Notes: generated by a model not told the origin, from the letters alone. Positions 15,060 through 30,140 are shown, numbered from the stretch's first letter. The stretch is 64,000 nt of DNA from the human T2T-CHM13v2.0 reference genome, Homo sapiens (GCF_009914755.1 NC_060947.1), one strand, 5' to 3'. Numbers and translations: made by a program.

Positions 15060-15225
15060 ATTGGTGCTTCTCAGACTTTAAAGTGCATTGGAATACCCTG
15101 GGGATCTTGTTAAAATGCAGATTCTAATCCAGTAGGTCTGGGAAGGGGCCTGAAAAATCTGCACTTCTAACAAGCTCCTAGGGGATGTTGACACCTTTGG
15201 TCCACGGACCCACTCCAAGTAGTGA
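15060..15225. mobile_element. MER5A/B MITE
   Basis: gatcttgttaaaatgcagattctaatccagtaggtctggg..ctgcacttctaacaagctcc. Confidence 0.8.
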
Positions 15226-16164
15226 GATTCCACATCACCCTTCAGAGTGCTGAACCTATCAGTAGCTCAAAAATGCTTAGTAACCTGTAAATTGATCCCG
15301 ACATGTCTCTTCTTTAGGAACATCAGTTGTTACTTACGAGGCTATAGAAAGCACTGTAAAATATAAGGTGGACATGAATGGGTTTGGGGGAAAGGATACT
15401 TTATTTGCAACTCAAACCAAGATTTGATTGACCTTCTGACTTTAGTTATTTGAGGGTTCAAAGATGACTGAGCTCATTTGAAGAATCAAAACATCACTAT
15501 TACCTAGATGGTCAGTATAGGGCTTAATTCTCATGATAAAAATGGAAAGATAAGCATGGCTGAAATTCACTACTTACATGATGAGTCAGTGGTAAGGAAA
15601 ACCCACACAAATGATGGCATCAACTATTCTCAGTCTATATTTACTAAAAAATCTACAGCTCCCTTCTCCCCAATACCATCTTAATCAGCTTCATCTTGGG
15701 AAAGTTAAAAAAGAAAGAATCTTTTGTTAATCTTTTATCAAGACAGTCCTTTGCTCTGGACAAAGATTCTTTGTCATTCTTTCTTTTTAGCTAAAAATCT
15801 TTGCAATATGAGTTCTAAGTGTGGTTTTTCAGATTTTTTTCTTTGGAAAAGTTGTAATACTATCATTTTCTTCATTTTATATGACAGTCTTCTTATCCCT
15901 TCTAAAATGAACCAGTCTACCTCTCTGCCTCCCAAGAGCAAGAAAAACGGAATAGGCCCTGTAAACATTCTAAAGCCGGAGGAAACACACCGGAAATGAA
16001 GGTTTGCAAAGATTGATGGAGGAGAAAAGTGCACAGAGACAACACGAAGCACAAATTCATTCTCCATTTTGAGATTTTTTTTAAAGCAAAAGCATTTTAT
16101 AGTGAGGGTAGGAGGGGGATTCACAGTGTTTAGCCAAAGATGAAGTTTGAAGCTCTCTCGTTGA

Positions 16165-18054
<1,890 letters not shown>

Positions 18055-19079
18055 TTAGTTCACATTTGAATATTAACTATAACTGTAGGAAGTTAGCAAC
18101 ATACAAAAGCAGCAAAATGCTAGACCTGGATGCAATAGTACATCTCTGACAAGCTCTGTTATTTAATATCCCTTTTGTCTTATGAGACCAATTTCTGTTC
18201 TGGTGTCTCTACACCAGACCTTTCTGTAAAAGGTCAGTTCTGATGCTGGAAGGGAACATTTAATCAAAAATAGTATGTAAAAAGATAATGTAGCGATTAC
18301 ATCAAATAATAACCTTTATTCTCTCTGACATAAACCAACCATTACCAAGAATATTGAAATGCTAAGCTATTGTGTGTTGAGTCATATTTAGAGAATTAAT
18401 GTTAGCTATAAAGCAGCTATTATGCAGAATATTACAATGCAAAAACATTATATTTAGAGAATTAGTATCATTCATAGAAAAACTTATTTTTTATATGATT
18501 AAAGTTAGCAAATGCTCTTGCTTCATTCAAGGCAATGCATCATTTAGTTATTATCCATACTGTTGGTAAAACTGTCAGTGAATTTTTAAATATATCCCAT
18601 TTAGATTCAGTGGCATTATGTTTTATTATAGAAGAAAAAGAGAAACATCAGTGCTGTAAAAGTTTGTTTGTAATGAGGAAAACCTCTGCTGTTGTTAATA
18701 TAAAACCATGCAAAATTATTTGTATAGTCTACTTTTCAACAATTCATTAGGGAATATAGGATTAATATTCTAGAAGGTACACTAAAATTAAAGGAATAAT
18801 CATGATTTTAGTAAGAACTAATAGGCACCGGTGTTGTGTGTTGTCTTAGGAATTTTGGCATTTTGCAGGATGACAGTTGAGTAATTCATACTCTAATATG
18901 TTGTCAATTTCATGTAAAAGATAATCTGTGGCAATACATCACCTCATGCTTCCTCCCTGGAGGTGATTGCTCCAAGACCCCTCCTGTCTCATTTTTTCCA
19001 GTCAGCCATTCTTCCTTCATACATTCACATCTGATTCTTCCCCATCCAGCTCCAGTGGTCTGCTTGAATCTCACGTTAG

Positions 19080-19205
19080 CTGTAGTGGTTACCAGCATGC
19101 CCTTTCGAGGTGGACTATTCTGGGTTCAAATCTCAGCTCTGCTACTTCTCTGATGTGTGCTTTATACCTGAGATAATAGTATCACAGGTATGTTGACTGC
19201 TTGTG
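19080..19205 (+). mobile_element. MIR fragment
   Basis: tagtggtta..ctgggttcaaatctcagctctgctactt. Confidence 0.6.
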
Positions 19206-20146
19206 GGTGTGCAATATGCCTACATTCGGCCATACTATTTCCTCTCTTTTTCTTTACTTCGTTTCTTCTCACTTGTCAGAGTCAAGAATATTTTCTCCCC
19301 ATCTTGTACTGGCCCCATCTTCCAATTCCTCTTGGTCTCACACCAGAGTTTCCATCAGTGTGTACAGTGTAATCAGAGCATTGGAATGCCTAGTTACAAA
19401 CTCTTGTAATTAGGCCTATGGTAGGACATGTGTGTGGTTCCAGGGGCAGGGAGTTCCGGAAGCTGAATAGCAAGTTCTGCCAGGGAAGGGACTGATATTA
19501 TTTATCCCCAACACAATCCTAGTGCCTGGAACATAGCAGGTACTGAGTAAATGGTGGAATAAATCCACTGCTGCCTCCTGCCATCAGGGGTCCCAGCCTG
19601 GGTTGGAGGAGGAACAGGGGAGGGCATTACATTGTATAAACAAAGACTTCGAGGGGAATTTACCCCAGAACTCAAGATATGTTACTTGTGAATCATCTTG
19701 TGCTTTCATACCCATTATTTGATTTAATACGAGATTTTACTCCAGTCTACCTGCCACAGAGCCTTCAGTGTAATTGTTCTTAATATGAATCTTATTTTGG
19801 AACTTTCCTGTATGAAATCTTGTAGAGCTGCCCACTGACTTCAGGATAAAATTTAAACTTCTTCACAGGGCATGCCTGGCCCTTCAAGATGTAATCTCTG
19901 CTCCCCTCTTCTTTGCCATCACCTGCCCTCTCTTCTTAGATATATCCAGACATAGAGAAACCCCTGCTAGTCTCACATTCACAAATGCATCCCTGCCTCT
20001 GTTCATGCTGCTGTCTCTGGCTAGAATACACCCTCATCTATCTACTTTATGGTTCCCATCCATCCTTAGGAATTCACTCAAGGATTACTTTCTCGTGAAA
20101 CCAGTTGCTGGCTCTCTTAGACTGGAATTTCTCAGAAGCAAGCTCT

Positions 20147-21227
20147 CTGTGGGTAGATCATTAATAGTGGCCTCTGACAAATCACATCTCCCTGTGACCA
20201 TGCCCCTTTGTAATATGACTTTAGCACTCTTCCCACCAAGAGGTGAAGTCTATTTCCCCAATCTTTGACTCTGGGCTGGCTGGCCTTGGGACTTCTTTGA
20301 CCAGTGGAATGTGGTGCAAATGACATTCTGGCCCTCCCAAACCTAATCATTAAGAGTTCTTGTAGCTTCTGTTATTGCTCTCAGAATCCAAATGCCATGT
20401 AAAAAATCCAGGCTGTCTTGCTGGAGGGAGACGCCACGTAGAGAAAAGAGGATGTAGAAGAGCACAGAGGTTGTCCAGTCAACAGCTTAGAGCCAAGGCC
20501 TCAGACCATGAGTGAGTCTATCCTGAATCCTCCAGCCCCAGTTAGGACAACCCAGATGATACCACTTGGAGCAGTGACAATTATCTGTTCTGGATTAAAT
20601 ATCTGTGTCCTCCTAAAATTCATATGTTAAAGTCCTAATTTGGAGGTGGCATGCCTTTTGGAGGGAATTAGGTTATGAGGGTGGAGCCCTCATGAATGAG
20701 ATTAGTGCCCTTATAAGAAGGGGTCAGAGAGCTGGTTAGCTCTCTTTCCACCATGTGAGGACACTGCAAGAATATGGCTGTCTGTAAACCAGAAAGAAGG
20801 CCCTCACCAGGAACCCGGCCCTGCCAGCATCCTGACCTCAGACTTTCAACTTCCAGAACTGCAAGAAATAAATGTTTGTTGTTTAAGCCATCCAGTCTGT
20901 GGTAATTTTTTATAGCAGTCTGAACTCGCCAAGATACCATCCTTGCTGAGACCTACCCAAATTCCTGACCCCTAGAACCATGAGCAATAAATTACTGTTT
21001 TGATTGAAAATATTTTTAATTCTGAAGAATTTCAAACATATGCAAAAGTAAAGTAGGATGAACCTCCATGTACCCCTCATCCAGCTTAACACTGACTAAT
21101 TCATGGCCATTCTTATTTCATATATACCTCCACTCACTTCTGCCTCTCCTATAATATTTTGAATGGCTATTGTTTTGAGCCACTAGATTTGGGGTGATTT
21201 TTTACTCAGCAATAGATAACTACAACA
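20147..21227 (+). mobile_element. MLT1G/H MaLR LTR (interrupted)
   Basis: Starts tgtgggtag..ccaccaagaggtgaagtctattt; ends gttttgagccactagatttgggg..gcaatagataactacaaca. Confidence 0.75.
20586..20936 (+). mobile_element. MLT1A0 LTR
   Basis: gagggtggagccctcatgaatgagattagtgcccttataagaag...aaataaatgtttgttgtttaagcc; imperfect 5-bp TSD ttatc/ccatc. Confidence 0.85.
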
Positions 21228-21600
21228 TGCTGAGACAGAGATTTGAGTGTGAGTGGCTTATTTAGGAGGGGATCCCAGGAAGTACTGGCTGGGGAGGGGG
21301 GAAATGAGACAATACAGGGTGTGTTTAATAAGCAGGCTGTTACTGTGGACAACTGGGGTTCAATCCTGCTGGGGACCTGTGGGAGATTACATATACCTGG
21401 CCTCAGAATTGTCACTCCCATGGGATGAGGAAGCTGGGTTATAAATCCACCAACTCCTACTTGTCTTGGTTGCAGGCTGTGGCTAGGGGCGTTAGCTCCC
21501 TGGCTTCTCTGGTGCATGTGCAGGCTCAGATAATGAATGAGGCGCTTGCAGTAAGAAATGGCCAAGAAGGTTGAAATCTGAGGGGATATGGGCAGATAAT
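21228..21600 (-). mobile_element. LTR33/LTR16-family ERVL LTR (its other end at ~20115-20146)
   Basis: tgagacagagatttgagtg..ggggatcccaggaag..caactggggttcaatcctgctgggg. Confidence 0.7.
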
Positions 21601-21924
21601 TAAATTTTCTGAAGGGATGGTGTCTACACTTGTTAACACCCAGTGAGGTGCCCTTCTTCTGGGCTCCTCCTTTGTTTGCTAATTATGACACCCCTGCTGA
21701 CCTCTGTTATAGTATTTGTTATACCAACTGTATTCACTCAACTTCCCTACTGTGTTCTCCAGACTGTGAGATCTTCTGCAACAGGGGCTGTGTTTTATTA
21801 ATTTCCGATCCATTAGAGCTCAGCATAATACATGGCACAAATCACATGGCAACCAATATTACTGAATGTATATCTATTTTTCCTCACAGCAACCTTGTGA
21901 TATATGCAGGTAAAGCCAGCTGCA

Positions 21925-22225
21925 GGCCCATGATGCCTTATCCATAACTCCAAAACTAAAAATATTCCAAAGAACAAAATATTTTTCGTGAAATGTGTGC
22001 CCAAAGTCATTTGGTGACAAAACCTACCCCGGGCTGTTGTTAGGTTTATTTTTGGCTCACATAGTGTGAATATTCATGTTTGTGACAGAAACATTGGGGT
22101 GTTTGATTATTGGGTGCTGCCCAGACCCCACTGGGAGTATGGGAAGAACATGGCATTTATGCCATATTACCTTTCTAAAATCTAAGAAATTAAAAATTCT
22201 GAAGCAGGCCTTGTTGCAAGGCCCT
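21925..22225. mobile_element. TcMar-Tigger-like MITE
   Basis: ccttatcc..ccaaaa start; ccagaccccactggg..tattacctttctaaaatc. Confidence 0.55.
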
Positions 22226-22499
22226 CTTGCTATTTCCATTTTACAAGGGCAGAAACTTGTTCAAGATAATGGTTAGAACTACTTTAAGAACCCAGGTTTT
22301 TCTGACTCCTGGGACAATGCTCATTTCATTCTACTATCCTGGAAGTGGTAGGAAAATGGATGGATGGAGTAAGGTTTCCTCTCCATTGGCCATCAAATCA
22401 GTAGCAGAGGCCTAACTCTGAGTAGTTGGAAATGATACTTTAACATGGTAGCTAGCAAGAAGTCCAGGCTATAGCCCTGTCTCTGAGAACCATCCATTC

Positions 22500-22970
22500 T
22501 CTCCAACATCAATCCCTGCTGATGGGTGATTCTAGCCTTCATGTTAGTACTATGTGACCACCTCCTTGGCCACAGAACCAGGAACAGGTCAATCCAAGTG
22601 TCTCTTGGGGATCTGAATTCAGACACAGAGACTTTAGCTGGTCGGTGTTGGGCCTTGAAGCTGGGAGGTCATGTAAGCTGTATCTGGAGTGACCATTCTT
22701 ATCACATGCTCCATAAGGCAGAGACAGCCAGCCCCTAGAGTGGGATTGGGAGCAGCATTAGCACAGAAAAAAGCAAAGTAAGAGCCCATGTGACCTCAGA
22801 GAGCAGCCCTGGAGAGAGCCGCCTTCGGACCTCTCAATTTCCTGTTTTAGGCCTCTCTGAGGCCTGGCTGTTCTTATTGCCATTCAGTTCTAACTCAAAG
22901 AGACATAACCTTGTGTCTCTTTTTCCTTGAGCTAATTTGAGTGTATTTCTGTTTTCTTACAACTAGAAAT
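22500..22970 (+). mobile_element. Old MLT1 (J/K-like) LTR
   Basis: tgaccacctccttggccacag; end cttgagctaatttgagtgtatttctg..cttacaac. Confidence 0.55.
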
Positions 22971-23269
22971 GCTAGAGCATTCTGGGCAGGCTAGAGGGAA
23001 TTTGTTGGTAGTATGTCTTTTCCACCACAGGCTGATTCCCCTACTCTACTCCCAGTGGGTTGGGCCTAGACTTGGGGGATAGAAAAAGGCACGTGAACTC
23101 TAGTATGTTTCGGAGCGGGGAGGTTTGTGCAGTTGGAGCTCCTGTGTTTCCCTCTAAATTGTCTTTAAGATAGGAAGAGAGGAGAAAACTATCTTCCTAA
23201 AAAGATACCCGGACAGTAATTGATAGTCTAGTACTTGAACAAACAATAAGAGGTTTGTTTTAGGGCATT

Positions 23270-23583
23270 CTTTTTTTAATTTTTAATTTTTGTGGGCACA
23301 GAGTAGGTGTATATATTTATGAGGTACATGAGATACTTTGATACAGGCATGCGATAAGCAATAATCACATCATGAAAAATGGGTTATCCATCCCTTCAAG
23401 CATTCATCCCTTGTATTACAAACAATCCAATTATACTCTTTTAGTTATTTAAAAGTGTACAGTTAAATTATTATTGACTTTAGTCACCCTGTTATGTTAT
23501 CAAATGCTAGGTCTTATTCATTCTTTCTATTTTTTTTGTACCCATTAACCATCCCCACTTCCCCCCCCATCCCCCACTACCCT
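23270..23583 (-). mobile_element. 5'-truncated L1MA 3' end
   Basis: tttttgtgggcacagagtaggtgtatatatttatg..; TSD-like tttagg(g)gcattctt on both flanks. Confidence 0.88.
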
Positions 23584-24296
23584 TTAGGGGCATTCTTAAA
23601 ATCCATTGTTCTAACAAAAACAGTCATACCCACATGTAAATAATGTAACAGGAAGGAGGATGCTTCTCTGGAATGTGGTTGTTTCTATACAATCGGCAGT
23701 CTAAGTTATTAAATTTTGCAAAATGAGCTCAAAAAGTTTACAATCTACAAAATGACCTAGAAAGTTACTGAATATATATTAGGTTATTTCTCCCTGAGAA
23801 AATCCTGTGTTCTGATCCAAAGGTAGAAGTTCATTCATAATTGATGTGAATGATAGACAAGAAATTAATTTTAAAAATGTGCCCACAACATTCATCTATA
23901 CATTCAAATTCCAAGTAATTTATGGTGCTATGGTATTGGGGATGGAAGTGTGAGGCACTATTGGCTGAGAGTGCAGGGAAAAGAGATGTGCTTAGAGCAC
24001 CTGCATGCAGGATATTAGGAAGGCATGGGAATGGCTGGAATTAGGATCATTCTGGAAGTTAGCAGCCAAGGTGGAAGCAGTTGTTTGAGGCCAAGGGAAT
24101 ACTTTTGAGTGGAACTGTTTCTTCATAGGAAGTCAAGTTGGGATAAGGGCATAACACATGTGTGTTGTCTTTATTTGGTTTTCCTCAGAAGCAGACCCAG
24201 AGATGAGGATTTGAGTGTAAACAGTTTACGCGGGAGGTGACCAGGAAGCATTGGTAAGGAAGTAGGAAGTGAGACAGGGAAGGAAAGGATGACAAT

Positions 24297-26616
24297 TGAT
24301 ATGGTTTGGCTGTGTCCCCACCCAAATCTCAATTTGAATTTTATCTCCCAGAATTCCCAAATGTTGTGGGAGGGACCCAGTGGGAAGTAATTGAATCATG
24401 GGGGCCAGTCTTCCCTGTGCTATTCTTGTGATAGTGAATAAGTCTCACGAGATCTGATGTGTTTATCATGGGTTTATGCTTTTGCTTCTTCCTCATTTTC
24501 TCTTGCTGCCACCATGTAAGAAGTGCCTTTCACCTCTCGCTATGATTCTGAGGCCTCCCTAGTCAAGTGGAACTTTAAGTCTGATTAAACCTCTTTTTCT
24601 TCCCAGTCTCAGGTATGTCTTTATCAGCAGCATGAAAACAGACTAACACAATAAATTGGTACCAGTAGAGTGGGGTGTTGCTGAAAGATACCCGAAAATG
24701 TGGAAGTGACTTAGGAACTGGGTAACAGGCAGTGGTTGGAACAGTTTGGAGGGCTCAGAAAAAGACAGGAAAATGTGGGAAAGTTTGGAACTTCGTAGAG
24801 ACTTGTTGAGTGGCTTTGACCAAAATGCTGACAGTGACATGGACAATAAGGTCCAGGCTGAGGTGGTCTCAGATGGAGATGAAGAACTTGTTGGGAATTG
24901 GAGTAAAGATGACTCTTGCTATGTTTTAGCAAAGAGACTGGTGGCATTTTGCCCCTGCCCTAGAGATTTGCGGAACTTTGAATTTGAGAAAGATGATTTA
25001 GGGTATCTGGCGGGAGAAAGTTTTAAGGAGCAAAGCATTCAAGAGATGACTTGGGTACTGTTAAAGACATTCAGTTTTATAAGGAAAGCAGAGCATAAAA
25101 GTTTGGAAAATTTGTAGCATGACTATGCAATAAAAAAGAAAAACCCATTTTCTGGGGAGAAATTCAAGCCAGCTGCAGAAATTTGCATAAGTAGCAAGGA
25201 GCCTAATGTTAATCCCCAAGACCATGAGGAAAATGTCTCCAGGCCATGTCAGAGACCTTAATCCCCAAGACCATAGGGGAAATGTCTCCAGGCCATGTCA
25301 GCTCCTCCCAACACAGGCCCGGAAGCCCAGGAGAAAAAGGTGGTTTTGTGAGCTGGGCCCAGGGTCCCTGTGCTGTGTGCAGCCTAGGGACTTGGTGCCC
25401 TGGTCCCAGCTGTTCCAGCCATGGCTGAAAAGGGGCCAACATACAGCTCGAGCTGTGGCTTCAGAGGATGGAAACCCCAAGTCTTGGCAGCTTCCATATG
25501 GTGTTGAGTCTGTGGGTGCACAGAAGTCAAGAATCGAGGTTCACGTCCCTCCACCTATATTTCAGAAGATGTATGGAAATGCCTGGATGCCCAGGCAAAA
25601 GTTTGCTGTAGGGGTGGAGCCCTCATGGAGAACCTCTGCTAGGGCAGTGTGGAAGATAAATGTGGTGTTGGAGCCCCCACACAGAGTCCCTACTGGGGCA
25701 CTGCCTAGTGGAGCTGTGAGAAGAGGGCCACCATCTTCCAGACCCCAGAATGGTAGATCTACTGATAGTTTGCACCGTTCACCTGGAAAAGCCGCAGTCA
25801 GTCAACACCAGTCCATGCAAGCAGCTGGAAGGGAGGCTGCACCCTGCAAAGCCACAGAAGTGGAGGTGCCCAAGACCATGGGAACCCACATCTTGCATCA
25901 GTGTGACCTGGATGTGAGATATGGAGTCAAAGGAGATCATTTTGGAGTTTTAAAATTTGACTGCCCTGTTGGATTTTGGACCTGCATGGGTCCTGTAACC
26001 TCTTTGTTTTGGCCAATTTCTCTCATTTGGAATGGCTGTATGTACCCAATACCTGTACCTCCATTGTATCTAGGAAATACCGAGCTTGCTTTTGATTTTT
26101 ACAGGCTCATTGGCAGAAAGGACTTGCCTTGTCTTGGATGAGGCTTTGGACTTTGGACTTTTGGGTTAATGCTGAAATGAGTTAAGACTTTCGGGACTGT
26201 TGGGAAGGCATGGTTGGTTTTGAAATGTGAAGGTATGAGATTTGGGAGGTGCCGGGGCGGAATTATATGATTTGGCTGTGTCCCCACCCAAATCTCAATT
26301 TAAATTGTATCTCCCAGAATTCCCATGTGTTGTGGGAGGGACCCAGTGGGAAGTAATTGAATCATGGGGGCCGATCTTTCCCATGCTATTCTTGTGATAG
26401 TGAATAAGTCTCACGAGATCTGATGGGTTTATCAGGGGTTTCTGCTTTTGCTTCTTCCTTATTTTCTCTTGCTGCCACCATGTAAGAAATACTTTTCACC
26501 TCCTGCCATGATTCTGAGGCCTTCCCAGTCATGTGGAACTGTAAGTCAAATTAAACCTCTTTTTCTTCCCAGTCTCAGATATGTCTTTATCAGCAGCAGG
26601 AAAATAGACTAATACA
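24297..26616 (+). mobile_element. Full-length THE1A MaLR provirus (5' LTR 24297-24650, internal 24651-26262, 3' LTR 26263-26616)
   Basis: Two ~354-bp direct LTRs matching recalled THE1A; TSD acaat/ccaat. Confidence 0.95.
24746..26141 (+). pseudogene. Disrupted THE1 internal (MaLR) ORF
   Basis: ORF pieces 24746-25117 (WESLEL..DQNADSDMD) and 25206-26141 (MYGNAWMPRQK..VPTGALPSGAVRRGPP) separated by a stop. Confidence 0.75.
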
Positions 26617-27094
26617 CCAATATAGTGGGGATCATTGAGTATTAAACTGCTGTGAGCAATTGGGGTTCCTGGAGAACAGTAGGAGACAACGTAGAATATG
26701 CTTCATAGTCTACCAAAGAGGTAAGGGAGTTGGGGAATTTACCTACCAACTTCCATCAGCAATTGGTTGAGGGCCGTTTCTGGCTGTGTTAAGGGGAGGA
26801 GGTGTTAGTTACCTACACACAAGCTGAGAGGGCTCCAGTAGTCAGAGAAAGCCCCAGGCAGACAGTCACAGGTGCTTGTAGTTGAAAATTATTGAATCAG
26901 GATGTATATGAATGGCATATTCCAAGGAGGTATAGGCAAGGCTCTGATAGCCTCTGCTGTATACTTATACATAATGGTCAGAAATGAGACAAGTAGAACT
27001 AAGAGAATATCAATCTCAAAGACAGCAGAGACAAGACAGTTCAGGCAAATAATCAGGAACCACAAGGATGGTTCCTTATAGAAGATCACGGCCA

Positions 27095-27330
27095 AGCAAG
27101 CAGGGGAATAATTGTCAGAGCACTGGGTTAGGTGACAGGAGTTCTGGGCCTGAATCCCTTCTCTGTCACCTTCTATTTGCATGCCCCTGGCCAAATTACT
27201 GGGCCCCTCTATATCTCAGGTTCCTCACAAGTAAAGTGGAAATAACATCTGCTTTCCCTTCTTATAGATTGTAGAGAAGAACCGATGAAATAATTTATAG
27301 GAAGTTCTTGGCTCTTGTGTAACACCATAG
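27095..27330 (+). mobile_element. MIR
   Basis: agagcactggg..gttctgggcc..ctcaggttcctca..gtaaagtggaaataac. Confidence 0.65.
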
Positions 27331-29347
27331 AACTGTCAAAAAAGAATGAGATGATGAGGAACAAATTAGGAAGAAGTTTAACTCTAAAATAATTTTTCTG
27401 TGTCCAGCTTCAGATTACTCATGTGAAGGCAAATACCAATGTTAGGTGACCAACTGAGTTTGAACATTGCACATCTGACTAAGATAGAGAGTTTAGTTAG
27501 TAGACAAGATCTAGGAGCTGCTTCTGGCAGCAAAGTACTGATCTCTAGCACCAGCACTGAGACCAGCAAATCTCATTGCGTACAACACCATTTGACAGGT
27601 GACAATAGTCACCTGGAAGAAAGATGCTGGGCTGAAGTGAAAAATGAGGATTTTTGGATTTTAAAAAATGAGGACTTGAACTTTAAAAGGAGTGAATGTA
27701 ATTCAAACACTAATTTTTTTCACTTAAATTCTCCAAATTAATTACCCTGGTTATATTTGTTAAACAAGCTGTTAGCTAGATATGCACTTTTCCATGAAGC
27801 ATAGGTCAGACTTTTTGTTGTCAGAGGAGAGATGAAGGTAGGGCTAATCAGTCATGCTTCCACATAAAATAATCCTTGAAATGGCTCTTGCTGAGTGTAA
27901 TTGCTCCTGGTGTGAGTGTGAACTCTCACAAAGGGAAAATAATAGACTTGTCTCTGCATCTTGAGGATGGCAGCCATTTTCATCAGGACATCTAATGTTC
28001 TTTGCCTTGTGGGATCTTGATAATGGTATAATTTTCAGCAAATACTATTTAATGGAAGGCCTTTTGTGAGAGTTTTGTAAAATGTAAAGGCTTGACTTGC
28101 TGGTTCAGCCCATACACTGAAATTTTCCAAATGTAGTGCACCGCAGTACTATTAAGAAAACCAGTGAATGAACTAATAAAGGAGAATGTTGCCTGCGATA
28201 ACAGAGGGAATGCAATAACACAGTTTTATTAGAGTTAAGTAAGATAAAAATATCATACTGGGTCCTTCTGGGAAGCCCCTAATTCTGGGAACAAGAAGGA
28301 CATAGCTAGTATTTTGCAAATAATCTCTTTAAACAGAATTTTCCCCACTTCAGCATATTTTTCTCTCACCTTATGCAAGTCTTTCATACCTCACTTTCTA
28401 TTTGTCCGTTATTATTTTTTCCATTACTTGCTAATTTCCCCCATTAAATTGCTGATTGTCGAATAATCGTTGACATTTGGCGTACTTTCAAAGAGACAAG
28501 AAGAAGGTGCTGGAGTTTGCCAAATGATGATGCATGAACTCATTGTAATCAAAAGCCGGCATTCCAGGCATCTATGCTGAGTTTATGAGAGATATGGGCT
28601 TCCAAACAACATGATTTTATTTGGCTGGAAACCAGCTGTGTCTGTTCTTTAGCACTGCCTATACTCCCAGAGAACAGAGAAACAAATCTGTGTTGATTTA
28701 TACAGATTTCCCAAGTTCCTGTCAAGCAAATCTAGCTTATTTTAAGCCCCTTCCTCCTCTGCTTTCACAGGTGGGTAGCTATAGGAATGCTCGGGTTTAG
28801 CAAGCCCACTTAGAGCCTCTCCTTATGGCCCTTCTATAAATATGTGGAAGGACCTCTATGACACCCCTTCATTTCTGCTAGCTTAGTCTTTGCCTCCCGT
28901 CACCAGAGTAGTTTTCTTGGAGTTTTTTCCCCCCTCTTCACATTAAATAACTTATCCTTCCTCCAAAGATCTTAGTTACCTGCTCCTTTTTATTTCTGGG
29001 GGGTCTCTCTGAAGATGCATCAACTTCTTCAGAACCCACTTATTAATTTATTTGGCTAGAAAATATAATCAGCAGTTTAGGAGAAAACAATGACTGTGGA
29101 TACAATGAGAATATTGTGTGCCTCTCTGACTGCACTCTCTAGAGGTTTGACATTGTTGGAGTTTGCAGTTACTAAAACAAACTCCGCGAGGCCTTGTTCC
29201 TTCATCTGTCCTCTGCCTTTGTCTCTAGTCTGATCTATTGCTACAGTCCCCTTTGCTCTCTATTTGCCAGCTTACTGAACTATCTTTAGTGTCCTGAATT
29301 TGCCATAGTCTTTGTTTTAGTTCTGTTGTGAACAGTAGAACCCACTT

Positions 29348-30140
29348 GTACCAGTTAGGGTAACGTTAGCTGCCGTAACAGATAAATCCCAACATCTGCA
29401 TGGCTTTAACACAATAGAAACCCTTATATCACTCCCATGAAGCCTGTCTTAGTTCATTTGTGCTGCTATAGCAGAATACCTGAGACTGGGTAGTTGATAA
29501 ACAACACAAATTATTTTCTCACAGATCTGGAGGCTGAGATGTCCAAGATCAAGTTGCCAGCATCTGACGAGGACCTCCTCGCTGTGTCTTCACATGGCAG
29601 AAAGCAGAAGGACAAAAGGGGATTAATGTTGTGACCTCACATGGCAGAAGAGCAAAAGAGAGTGAACCCACTCCCGATATCCCTTTTTATAATGGCATTA
29701 ATCTATTCACGAGGAAGACAGAGCCCTCGTGATTTAAACACCTCCCAAAAGGCCCCGCCTCCTAACAGTGTTGCATTGGGGATTAAGTTTCCAATACGTG
29801 AATTTTTGGGGACACATTCAGACCATAGCAAAGCTCAAAATGGGTGTTCTTGATTCATAGGTGGCCTTCCAAGTGGTCATTTAGGACCCAGGTTCCTTCT
29901 CTCTTATGGCTTTGTGCCTCAGCATTCTTTGCATTCAGCTGGAAAAGGTGAAAGAGGCTGTAGGATAATGCCTGAGAGGCTTTGATGGGCTGGACCTGGA
30001 AGTAGTGCATCACTTCCACTCATGTTCATTGCCCAAAATCAAATACGTGGCAACAGCCAACTGCAAGGGAGGCTGGGAAATGTAATTCTGCTTTCTGCCA
30101 GGAAGAAGAGATTTGGTGAGTCACTAGTCAGGCTCTATCC
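29348..30140 (-). mobile_element. Old MLT1 (J-like) LTR split by MST
   Basis: tgtaccagttagg..gctgccgtaaca left; gacccaggttccttc..ctgcaagggaggctgggaaatgta right. Confidence 0.7.
29445..29830 (-). mobile_element. MSTC/MSTD LTR
   Basis: tgtcttagttcatttgtgctgctatagcagaatacctgagactggg...gggacacattcagaccatagca; TSD aagcc/aagct. Confidence 0.85.

Larger units (their letters stand above)
19770..21870 (+). mobile_element. L2 remnant split by nested LTRs
   Basis: L2 motifs at 19770-20100 resume at ~21630-21870 (cagactgtgagatc..ggggctgtgtt..catggcaca). Confidence 0.6.
24165..26950 (-). mobile_element. LTR33-family LTR split by THE1A
   Basis: ttcctcagaagcagaccc..ggatttgagtg..gagacagggaagg left of THE1A; continues gcaattgggg..ggagaca..tagaatatgc right of it. 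Confidence 0.65.
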
